Of a stretch of 60,656 nucleotides of DNA, positions 42,885 through 52,280 are shown one piece after another (position 1 is the first letter of the stretch; every line of letters starts with the position of its first letter). Both the position numbers and the translations under genes were made by a program. The stretch is from the IMG/VR virus record IMGVR_UViG_3300044691_000256, positions 1-60,656 of that record. The stretch is one strand, 5' to 3'. The notes beneath the pieces are model-generated. The model saw only the letters and a list, made by a program, of their open reading frames with translations. It was not told where the DNA came from and did no database searches. This DNA comes from a virus (taxonomy: Duplodnaviria; Caudoviricetes).

Positions 42885-42964
42885 ATTGCCTGATTACCGC
42901 TCAGGCGGGCGGGTGAGCTGTCAATGTTTACTGCTGCGGTAAATATGGCGTTTGCGGTAAATAT

Positions 42965-43309
42965 TCAGTTCCGTGCAAGCAAAGCAAGCATTTCTTCTGT
43001 AAAATCCCCCGCATCTGTAAAGACGCTGACCTCCTCCCCGTCCCTTGTTGTGGCGTACAGCGGCCAAGTGGATCGACTATTGAGCGGTCGTTCCAGATAA
43101 ATCTCCTCCCCACTCACCATAAGGCGAACATTGGAAACGGAGATTCCGCCCGTATCTTGGTTCTGGTGGATGTCGAACGGTTCTCCGTCGTGCTCCAATT
43201 CGACGCCGGGCCGATTAGCCGTCTCAAGGCAGATGTAAATGCGACCCAAGCACTTGAGCAGGTTTGATTCGTTGAATAGATCGCGGGGGATTACTCGGAG
43301 ATAGCTCAC
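42965..43309 (-). CDS. Hypothetical phage protein
   Basis: MSY.RVIPRDLFNE..LLKC.G...PLNSR..WPL. Confidence 0.7.
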   Translation of the reverse strand: MSYLRVIPRDLFNESNLLKCLGRIYICLETANRPGVELEHDGEPFDIHQNQDTGGISVSNVRLMVSGEEIYLERPLNSRSTWPLYATTRDGEEVSVFTDAGDFTEEMLALLARN

Positions 43310-44986
43310 TAGCGCACCTCCGAGATAGGATCGCCGTCGTCGTCCAGCGTAAAGCCGTTCTCTTCCAACGTCCTCAGAATGAAAGCGTCAAGAGTACCGC
43401 AGTCCAGGTTACCCGTTTCGCCGTTCAATAGCTTGCGGATACCCTGTCCAATCTCAACCCACGAATCGCCGATTAGAGGATCAGCGGTGTGTATGTCCGC
43501 CTCATAGCGTTTCCGGTGCTCATCTGCATACTTGGACCAGTACAAAAGCATACGGACAATTGGAACCTCAAAGCCTCTCGGTGTATCAATTGCTTCATTG
43601 TGCCTTACTTGCTGTTGGTCTAAAGAAACGCTGTATCCGCCCGAAATCTTTTCTGTTGCCTTTATCTTTGCCATTTGATGCTCCTTGTCTGCATATAGCG
43701 GCAAACACACTGTTTATACATCCGTCCAGAAAATGGACAACCGCCTGTAAGCTATTCCTTAACGTCCGGGAAGATGCTTCCGAAGTACCAGCATCCTCCC
43801 GTAATAAATTCGACAATGCGCCCCACATCCGACGCCTTGAAAGTGTAGGTGCGGTGGTTCATGCCTAGGTAGTGCGCCCGCGATTGTCCAACGTCTGAAG
43901 TTTCCACGGTGAATGCTTGCCGTTCGGTTACAGATGTTGCGCCCCAGCCGTTCGTTCCGGTGTGTTGCCTTTTCTCGCCTAATGCTTTCATAACTCCTCC
44001 GTTTACATCATCTTTACAAAGTTGTGTCCATTTTCTGGATGGACTAAAGTTAGTACCCCAACCATTCTAGTACAGCCCGCCCGTTATACTCAGGCAGGGT
44101 ACCCAGCTCGGCCATAAACTCTATAGGCTCATGTCCGTGCTTTACAATCTCTGCTAAAGCCTCAGACTGAGAGACCATAGGTTCATCACAAAAGACTTCT
44201 TCTAGGGACATATCAGAACTCCGATCCAGGTTAGAGATGCGTTTAGACTTCGTTTGCCGTGGCACTAATCGGCTAGTGTCAAAGCAAGCTGGTTCTGCTC
44301 GGAAATTTCGCCGTTACTGTGAATCGTAAAGTTTGGGCAGAGCTTCATCTCTGCATCTGTTAGAGAATTCCAGGCGGCCATGTACAAACGGTAGGACGGA
44401 TGCCAGTTGGTCATAGCAACCCGTTTCGCGGTCTCGGCCCATTTCTTGCAATCGGCAACACAGCACTCGCGTACCATGTCTTGATTGCCGTAATGGTCGA
44501 TACCGCAGGAGTGTTCCCCTATGTATCTGTTTGATTCGACGCAAATGTAAGGCATGATTGCTCCGTGTTTCCCTCTCCGCTTTCTTCCTGTCAGACTTGA
44601 GACTGACCATTGGCGCGTTAGGACCGCTAGACATCAGCGGTATGTGTAAATCTCGGATGGCAGAAGATGTCCCGCTCGTTTCCATTTGGGCATATCCTTC
44701 CATGGTAGGTGGTGCAGCGACAATTTTTGCACTGGGCCGATTCTCCCATCAGAGCCGCTAGATTTTGCTCGCACCAAAACGAGTTGAGCATATCGCGTGA
44801 CGGAGCCACTTTGCCGCGAAAATCCGTTAGGAGCCATGCGCGGCCATCAGGTTCGCGAAACATGAAAACGTCTTTATGTGACGGGCCAGCAAACTCGAAC
44901 CCGTATTCTTGCATGAGTTTTGGAACGTCCGCAGACTTGGCAACGGAGAGATAAGCATGTTGTGCTCGTGTCATAGATTCCTTTCA

Positions 44987-45048
44987 GCCTGTCATCTTCA
45001 GGTACGGTAGGCAAGATCCGTACTACGGGCAGGTTCGCCCGTTTCGAC
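44987..45048 (-). ncRNA. Type II hammerhead ribozyme
   Basis: GUC-GAAAC-GGGC/GCCC-GUA-GUACGG/CCGUAC-CUGAAGA-U-GAC; loop I GCCU pairs with 3' AGGC. Confidence 0.88.
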
Positions 45049-46099
45049 TAGTCGAGCACATTCCACTTGCCTACCTTGTTGCCGTTCGTGTCCATTACCA
45101 CGCCGGTGTTATCCGTTGTCAAAACTTCCTCCATCGGCGTCATGTGGAACGAATGACGGAAGGCATAAAAAACATCGTTGGCGGTTTGCATCGCATCGTT
45201 GCCCAGCTCGATCTCAAGTGTGAACTTCATTTCATCCTCAATTCTGTCCATTTTCTGGACGGTTGGCGCGGGCTATGCACTATAAGCCATGTCCGCAAGT
45301 CTATCGTTTATAAGGGTTAAGAGTAGACAGTTGAGCGGCCATAATCACAACTAAAGCCACAATAGAGGGAGAGAAGAGAAGATACATAAAGACTCCTATC
45401 GGGTTTGTACAACCATTGGTGCTCTCCTCAGAATTCGACTGAGCCGGAACCGTGTTCGCTGATTCCTTGGCTAATATCGCTAAAGAGCACCAATGGGCAT
45501 ACAGCACCCATCCTAGAGAGTTCCGCCAAAGACGTGCAGATCGCCGCGAATGATCGCAACTTCCTTAACCTTGACGCGGGTAGGGTCAACATTGACCAAC
45601 AGCTCGGAACCCCGACCCTCTTCCTGAAACTTTTCCCACTCCGTCACCGCTTCATACTGTTGGGCTGACGCGTCACCGTGAAAGGTAACACCCTCGACAT
45701 CCGAGAAGGTTTTCTCGATGCGGCCAAAGTTCAAGCTAACAAAGACTGTCATTTGCTTTTCTCCAGTAATCATGCTTACTCCATCCAATATGGACCGTCC
45801 AGATTATATTGTCAACAGTTTTTTCAACTTTATTTTCAAATCGCTCAACCAAACCGACTGCCTTATCGATGTATAAGAGTGAGCCTGTAGTACGCGCCGC
45901 GCCCTAATCACTCAAATAGGCAATCAATCGGAGTATTGCGGACCGAACCCATGCGGTAAATACAGCGTCCAGGCTCACACTTTAATCCAGAAAATGGACA
46001 GTAAACTGTCTCAGCTCGCACGATAGACTAGTGGGGAAGTACCAAAAGGTAAGGCCACCCCGATTAGAGATGGCCAAAGACTGCGGACAGGGTAAAGAC

Positions 46100-46495
46100 T
46101 TACTCTGGTAATCCTTCTGATGCAAGCTCTGCCTCAACTACACGCCGATACTCGCGGGTTGGATCAATGATGGCCCCAAGGGATGCAACCACGCCACCTT
46201 CGGAGTTATAGGCCACACAAGAATAGATTTCGTGCTCGTGTTCTTCGCCATTTTTCTCCGCGTCACACCAGTAGGCGTGATCTCCCAAAGCATCTTCGTA
46301 TGGAATGGAGTTTTCAAACTCCCACTCGAACGTGTAACCAAGTGCTGATGCGTCTCTTTCTGCCTTTGCCAGAGCACGGGCACATTTAGCCCGCCCCTGT
46401 CTAGGAGTTTCGGTCTTAGGATCGTAGGAGAAACCAGCATTCTTCAGAAAGAAGTAGAATGCTGCCTGTTTGGGAGAGAGAGTCTTAGAGTTCAT
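46100..46495 (-). CDS. Hypothetical phage protein
   Basis: FF.KNAG.SYDP..ET, ASLG.I, YRRVVEAELA.E. Confidence 0.7.
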   Translation of the reverse strand: MNSKTLSPKQAAFYFFLKNAGFSYDPKTETPRQGRAKCARALAKAERDASALGYTFEWEFENSIPYEDALGDHAYWCDAEKNGEEHEHEIYSCVAYNSEGGVVASLGAIIDPTREYRRVVEAELASEGLPE

Positions 46496-47039
46496 TTTCG
46501 CTCACCTCCAACACGATACCCAAGTCCGCTATAAGCTTTGGCGTCAATCGGTCTAACGAGTCACCGTTCAAGTCTTTTGAGTAAATGCCATGCTTGTGAG
46601 TGTCGCGAACGTTAGGACCACTCGGACGAAACCTGAACCCCTCTTGAAACAGTTCGTTTTCCATCCAACCGTCTGAATCTGGAGTTTCCACTGTTTCCCA
46701 CCTCACAAACTCAGGTACCAGTTTGCCATTCGGGTAATCACGTGGGTATTCGGCTGGACGCTTGCCGTTCTCATCCCGCACTATCTTGACGTGGTCTCGC
46801 TTGAAACCGTACTCTTTTACGATCTCTTCAATCGTTTCGTCCGCTTCAGGAAAAAACTCATCCTCACAGATAGAGTAAGCTTCTTCCCAAGTTTGAGCAC
46901 GAACGATCCCGTTTATGCCCATGCTGTCGCGTGATATCCACAATGGGCCGAACCCATCATCGTAGGTTGGGATTTCATAACCAGAGCCATACTTCGCTCC
47001 AATCAACTGTTGGTCGTCTGTAATTACTTTGGTGGCCAT
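46485..47039 (-). CDS. Hypothetical protein
   Basis: Acidic ORF, RBS before MATK. Confidence 0.65.
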   Translation of the reverse strand: MATKVITDDQQLIGAKYGSGYEIPTYDDGFGPLWISRDSMGINGIVRAQTWEEAYSICEDEFFPEADETIEEIVKEYGFKRDHVKIVRDENGKRPAEYPRDYPNGKLVPEFVRWETVETPDSDGWMENELFQEGFRFRPSGPNVRDTHKHGIYSKDLNGDSLDRLTPKLIADLGIVLEVSENEL

Positions 47040-47080
47040 TTCTCTCACCTTTCAGATTGTAGTGACTTGCTTCTGTACCT

Positions 47081-47109
47081 AAGATGCACCTATCTGGGGA
47101 GGATGTCAA
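47081..47109 (-). promoter_or_regulatory. Sigma-70 promoter
   Basis: TTGACA-17-CATCTT; 15-bp motif at 47135. Confidence 0.55.
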
Positions 47110-47190
47110 CATAATTCTTCAGAGTTTGCAAGTTGTCCAGAAAATGGACGGATCTACCGGCGCGGACCACTGGCCTAACGAACGGACAAT

Positions 47191-47370
47191 ATGCCAGTCA
47201 ATAACGCCCAACGTCTCGCCAGAGTGCTACTCAAGATAGCAGAATCACCTGATGCGACAATAGAACAGAGACTCGCGGCCACCGCGCAAATGATTGAATT
47301 AACACAGCCTAAGAAGCCACGAGTAGGGCGGCCAAAGAAGCCAGTCTCTAGCCTATTAGGGAGTAAGTAG
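47191..47370 (+). CDS. Small basic protein with AT-hook-like motif (not in ORF track)
   Basis: Translated by hand: MPVNNAQRL...KKPRVGRPKKP...*, 59 aa. Confidence 0.5.
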   Translation: MPVNNAQRLARVLLKIAESPDATIEQRLAATAQMIELTQPKKPRVGRPKKPVSSLLGSK

Positions 47371-48035
47371 ATCGTCTCAGCTCGCACGATAGGGTGCGGT
47401 AACTGTCCATTTATTGGACGACGGCGCGGCCAGCCACATAATCTGAAGCCATGTCCGTGCTTTAGAGCAAACTAAAAGGCCACCCCGAAGGATGACCTTA
47501 GTACAGCGGACAGGTAAGAGCTTAGTTTGATTTCACCTTAACCAGACCTACTCCGTTGCAAGTAGAGCAACGCGGCCCAGATTCCCGCAGTGAACTACCA
47601 TAACCGTTGCAATTGGAACATACGATAAGCCCATGCTTCTCGGGTTCCATCATCATTTGAAAGGTGATTGCGATAGACATTGTGTTTCCTCCAGTGTGGT
47701 TAGACTTCCGTTAGAAGGTGTATCTCAGAGACGGGCCAAAACTCTGTGATGATGTGTCCAAAGGGTAGCGATTCGCTGGAAGGTGTAATGAACTGAACGG
47801 TGACACCAGCGTCATTGATGCGGATAACCTCACCAATCGCCTTTGGATGTTCGATGCTGGTTACCAGTGTCCCGACTTTCATGTCTCACCTCGATTGATA
47901 CCGTCTCATGAGCTGGTTTTATTGTCAAGGATTATTTTCTTGTCCATTTTCTGGATTCTTGAGGTGTGGTAAAAAGCTGGCCCGCCCCATACATATTCAA
48001 GTCATGTCCGCTTACAAGTAAGGGAGTAGAACAGA

Positions 48036-48320
48036 ATGCTAGTCCAAGTCTCAGCCTGTAAATGTGACGCTTGCGGTCATATATGGCTGAAACCTGCTGT
48101 TATTCCTACTCATTGCGCCAAGTGTCACTCCCGCCAATGGAACAAGGGTAAGGCAGAGCGTGACGAATCAGCACAGGCTAGTGTGACAGTTGAGCACGTT
48201 GCCTTATCGTTGCCTCCGCTAGTTCACACGGCGACACTCAAAGTACCGTCAATGCTTCGACGTGTCCACAATAAGCGAGACTGCCGAGTTTATAAGTGTG
48301 GATTGTGCGCTGCTGCCTGA
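48036..48320 (+). CDS. Zinc-ribbon protein
   Basis: C.CDACGH.W......P..CAKC.S..WN. Confidence 0.65.
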   Translation: MLVQVSACKCDACGHIWLKPAVIPTHCAKCHSRQWNKGKAERDESAQASVTVEHVALSLPPLVHTATLKVPSMLRRVHNKRDCRVYKCGLCAAA

Positions 48321-48771
48321 CTAGGGTTACGTGGATTAAGCGAGACTGATTTTTTCTCCGCAATTTGTCTAAGTTTTGTGGACACTGTGAGTTAGCCTGA
48401 GATTTTAAACGGCACGTTAGTCTATCACAAATAGAATCAACGATATAGCAACGTGTTGTGACAGTTTTGAGCCAGTTTGCAACGAAATGACGACCCAAGC
48501 GAGGGAGATTCGGCCAGTATCGACGCGGTTTTAGGGGTATCTGGCTATAGATATGCCCTCTGTGTTGTGACGCAGGTTGTTGATTGCAGATGGGTTAGCT
48601 CTGCCTGACCCGTCTAGGAGTCCCAGAAGCCGAAGGTGATGTACCCGGCATGTCCCCTCGACCGGCTTGCTACTCCTTCACTTCACCTAGCAATGGCCTA
48701 CTTCGATTTCTGGACGCCATCCGGACGAAAAAATAATTTTATATTTCTGGACGAAAAATGGACGGAGAACA

Positions 48772-48936
48772 ATGGCAAAGGTAAAAGAGGTAAAAGGCTT
48801 CAAGGCAAACCAGGCGAAGATCGCCAAATCTGAAGGCGTATCTCCAAAGTCAGCCGGAGCGATCATGGCAAGTTCTACCCGCAAGGCAAGTCCTGCGGCC
48901 AAGAAACGCAACCCCTCACTCAAAAAAGTCAAGTAA
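48772..48936 (+). CDS. Small basic protein (not in ORF track)
   Basis: GGAG RBS; MAKVKEVKGFK...KKRNPSLKKVK*, 54 aa. Confidence 0.7.
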   Translation: MAKVKEVKGFKANQAKIAKSEGVSPKSAGAIMASSTRKASPAAKKRNPSLKKVK

Positions 48937-48950
48937 AGAAGGAGCCTGAT

Positions 48951-49238
48951 ATGGCCGCGTACGACGATCCAAGCGTTTACCCCAAAGAGTACTACAACTA
49001 CGGACCCACAAGCACGGACAAGACTTATAGCGGTGGCATTTTTGGTAGCCTCGCGGGCAACAACGCGCAGTCCCGTGCCCCGAAGTTCAAACTGGAACTG
49101 GCTTCGGGACCAATTACGGTAGAAGCTGTCGACATCAGGTGGGAAGACCGCTTCGTCAAGTTCTTCAAGACCGCAAACACTCTGGCCTTAGCCGTTCCGG
49201 ATCAAGATATCCGCACGATTCAGTTGGTAGTCGAGTAA
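48951..49238 (+). CDS. Hypothetical protein
   Basis: AAGGAG RBS, 95 aa. Confidence 0.6.
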   Translation: MAAYDDPSVYPKEYYNYGPTSTDKTYSGGIFGSLAGNNAQSRAPKFKLELASGPITVEAVDIRWEDRFVKFFKTANTLALAVPDQDIRTIQLVVE

Positions 49239-49361
49239 AGGGAATATGGAACCGATCCTCATCCTCGCCGAGTTCGCACTCATTGTCTACCTTGCCTACG
49301 AGAACCGCGAGTTGAAACTGGCTGCGCCGAAGCGGGATAAGACTGGGAAGTTCGCACCGAA

Positions 49362-49784
49362 ATGACTCTCCAGGAAGCCATCGCGCACGAGGAAGGGTTT
49401 TACGATCCGCACTCTCGGTCAGGCCGCAATCATAATCCCGGCGATCTGAACTACGGTGACTTCGCACAAAAGCACGGAGCTACCCGGCTTGAGGTCATCC
49501 CACCCGGCTACAGTTCGAAGCCTCGGTTCGCTTACTTCCCAGACGACGTTACCGGGTTTGCTGCGATGACCGCACTCCTCCGACTTCCGGGCAAGTTCGA
49601 GACACACCCCGGACCCCCTGTAGTTAGAAAGCTGGTCGCGGGCTACGCAGGATCTACCGTGAGCGAATGCCTGAACCGCTGGGCACCACCTTCAGACGGA
49701 AACGATACAAGCGCGTACGAAGCCAACGTCTGTAAATGGGTTGGGTGTGGGCCGACGGACATCATAGATCATTTGTTGGGGTAG
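49362..49784 (+). CDS. Lysozyme-like protein (endolysin or virion muramidase)
   Basis: AIA.EEG, RNHNPG.L, FA.F and RWAPP.D.NDT.AY. Confidence 0.8.
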   Translation: MTLQEAIAHEEGFYDPHSRSGRNHNPGDLNYGDFAQKHGATRLEVIPPGYSSKPRFAYFPDDVTGFAAMTALLRLPGKFETHPGPPVVRKLVAGYAGSTVSECLNRWAPPSDGNDTSAYEANVCKWVGCGPTDIIDHLLG

Positions 49785-49786
49785 CC

Positions 49787-50161
49787 GTGACGAAGCCCGA
49801 GGAGATGTTTCACCTTTACAATAGCCGATACTTCCGGAACTCCCTGCCTAAATGCAAGATCGTGTGGGCGGACATGGATAGCTTTGGTGAATACTGCCCG
49901 GTCTATCACAAAGCTTATAAAACGGAGGCAGAGGCCAAGAAAGCTATTCGCACCGGAGAGTTCGCAACCAACGGTAAAGTTACCCACTGTATAAAACTTG
50001 CGCGCTGGTCTAAGAAGCAACGCAGACAATGGATGTTTACTCTGATCCACGAAATGGTACACGTTAAACTCCGCAACGAACCCGGCGATTACCACGGGCA
50101 TAAATTCCAGCGGGAAATGAAACGTTTGGCAAATTGTGGCGCGTTTGGTTATCTGTGGTAG
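49787..50161 (+). CDS. SprT-like zinc metalloprotease domain protein
   Basis: YN..YF...LP, TLIHEMVH and HG.KF..EM.RL. Confidence 0.85.
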   Translation: MTKPEEMFHLYNSRYFRNSLPKCKIVWADMDSFGEYCPVYHKAYKTEAEAKKAIRTGEFATNGKVTHCIKLARWSKKQRRQWMFTLIHEMVHVKLRNEPGDYHGHKFQREMKRLANCGAFGYLW

Positions 50162-50509
50162 GTTATGGTCGGCTACTCTGAATCCCCGCATCCAGATATG
50201 GTCGATTCCTGGCGTTGTACTAGCTGCGACCGACTGATCTACAACACCTCCGTAGTCGACGGTCAGACCGTGCCTCGTCAAGGCGCTCCGTTACCGCTGT
50301 GGGCCGATAAGAATTTTCCCTCGGTTTGCAGCCTGTGCTACGAGATGTACTCGGCACTGGACAAAATCAAATCTGGATACTGGAGAGGTAGTACTGGTAG
50401 TACCACGAGTAAACCTCTCAACTCCGACAATTCATTCGACGTGTTCCTGAAACATGAGGGAACGGTCAAAAAATCAACACTACTTCCCTCAAAATAAGGA
50501 ATAAAACTC

Positions 50510-51121
50510 ATGGCATCCGTAAACACCACCGTTGGTTATCAGAACCTCCCTGCCCAAGTCATCTCGACGGGTACCGAAACCGCATTGCTTGTACCCGCGC
50601 AGGGTTTGTACGCCGGTCTCCCCTCCCCCACTCTTACTGCTGGTGCGGGTCTTGCAATTGGTTTCCCGCCCGACATCGCTGGTGGCATCTATGACGGACA
50701 CCCGTTCGTCGTGAGCTTGTTTGGTAAGGTCACCACAGGCGGTTCCCTCACGTTCCTGCCCAACATCTACCAAGTGTCCGCCGCGACTCTGTTGGCGGGT
50801 ACCCAGGCTACGCTTGCCAATGACCACGTCGTAGTCACCACGACCGCGACTACCGTTGCCACCACGACCGTCAACTTCTCGATCCAGGCTCAGTTCATTT
50901 GGGACTCGACTTCGAAGATTCTCGGCGGACAGGTGCTTTCTGCCGCGATCAAGGGTGTCAACATCGTAGCCAACGGCGGAACGGTTAGCACGCAGCCAGC
51001 GACGACCATCGTTACTGCTGTCGGTATCAGCGATCTGAACTTCATCCCGTCGTTCACGTTCGGCACCGCCAATGCTGCAAACTCGGTTCAGGTCACGGAA
51101 TTCGTAATCGACCGCGCATAG
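50510..51121 (+). CDS. Putative virion structural protein
   Basis: T/A/G/V-rich beta-type protein, strong RBS, late block. Confidence 0.6.
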   Translation: MASVNTTVGYQNLPAQVISTGTETALLVPAQGLYAGLPSPTLTAGAGLAIGFPPDIAGGIYDGHPFVVSLFGKVTTGGSLTFLPNIYQVSAATLLAGTQATLANDHVVVTTTATTVATTTVNFSIQAQFIWDSTSKILGGQVLSAAIKGVNIVANGGTVSTQPATTIVTAVGISDLNFIPSFTFGTANAANSVQVTEFVIDRA

Positions 51122-51196
51122 CTCTCCTGGTTAGAGGTGCTGCCCGAACCTCAATCCCCGTGTGAACCGGGGTACCTTTTCGAAAGCAAGAATTAA

Positions 51197-51949
51197 ATGG
51201 GCAATCCTTGGAAGGATCACGTCGGGTCAACATTCGGAGATTTAACCGTTGTTGCCTTACTAACTAAGACAAAGAAAACATCCAAATGGAAATGCCTTTG
51301 TAAATGTGGCTTGTATCACACGGTCAGTTCTAAGAATCTTGTGGGCGGACAAGTTACTCGTTGCTTTGAGTGCTATATCCAATCTAGGCGGAAAATACCG
51401 GAAGATTTAACAGGTAGACGATTTGGTGGGTTCGTAGTTCAGAAATATGCGGGGCGAGAAAGAACAAAAGGCGAGCATATATGGTTCTGCCTTTGTGACT
51501 GCGGGCGTACTGCGACAGTAAAGGATAGAAGACTCCACAACAACGTAGCCACTCGTTGCACCAAATGCGCCACCACAAAGCACGACCGATCTAAAAGTAA
51601 CGAATATTTTCTATTTGTCGACGCTAAATCCAGAGCCAAGAAGTATGGGATGGAGTTCACCCTTGAGTTGGACGACATCGTGGTTCCGGAATTATGCCCC
51701 TGTTTGGGAATTCCAATTCAGAGGAAAATTGAGCGCCCTGGTAATCTCTCAAAAGAAGATAGAGATAGCGGAATAAAGTATCGCCTTAACGACAATAGTG
51801 CCTCTCTGGATAGAATAGACAGTTCAAAAGACTACATCAAAGGCAATGTGTGGGTTATCAGCGCACGGGCCAACCGAATCAAAAATAACTCTACTCCGGA
51901 CGAGCTTGTTAAAATAGCGCGCGCTGTGAGACGAAGGCAAGCTGAATAA
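51197..51949 (+). CDS. HNH-type homing endonuclease
   Basis: Two G.TFG.L.V...W.C.C.CG repeats; CP.LG, SLDRIDSSK.Y.KGNVWVIS.RAN..K; lower GC. Confidence 0.88.
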   Translation: MGNPWKDHVGSTFGDLTVVALLTKTKKTSKWKCLCKCGLYHTVSSKNLVGGQVTRCFECYIQSRRKIPEDLTGRRFGGFVVQKYAGRERTKGEHIWFCLCDCGRTATVKDRRLHNNVATRCTKCATTKHDRSKSNEYFLFVDAKSRAKKYGMEFTLELDDIVVPELCPCLGIPIQRKIERPGNLSKEDRDSGIKYRLNDNSASLDRIDSSKDYIKGNVWVISARANRIKNNSTPDELVKIARAVRRRQAE

Positions 51950-51950
51950 G

Positions 51951-52280
51951 ATGGCAAATTCTTTGAACTCGCTCCCTTGTACGGTAGATCAGGATCTAGC
52001 CTCTTTTGGGGCGGGGCAGACCATGCAGTCCAAGCCCTTCGGCATCCGCGTATGGAAGATCGCTCTGGTCGCGGCTGCCGCAACAACCGCAGGCACGGTC
52101 ACAATAACGGAGCCGAACAGCGGTATTCCTCTCACCGCCCCTATGTTGGTCCCCGCTGGTTCCGCCACTGATACTGTTTTGTTCTACGACAACCCGACAC
52201 AGCTTTTGCAGTGGCGCGATTTTAAGGTCACAGGTGTTACGGCAACAGGAACACGACTCTTTATTTGGTACAGAGTGTAG
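51951..52280 (+). CDS. Putative structural protein
   Basis: 109 aa beta-rich protein in late block. Confidence 0.5.
   Translation: MANSLNSLPCTVDQDLASFGAGQTMQSKPFGIRVWKIALVAAAATTAGTVTITEPNSGIPLTAPMLVPAGSATDTVLFYDNPTQLLQWRDFKVTGVTATGTRLFIWYRV

Larger units (their letters stand above)
39518..47882 (-). other. Early/host-takeover-like region of small leftward genes with strong RBS
   Basis: Over 20 short ORFs separated by promoters, terminators, repeats and ribozymes. Confidence 0.65.

Noticed and set aside
45400-45440. Fifth hammerhead (CUGAGGA on minus strand)
   Set aside because: No correctly placed GAAA or stem III
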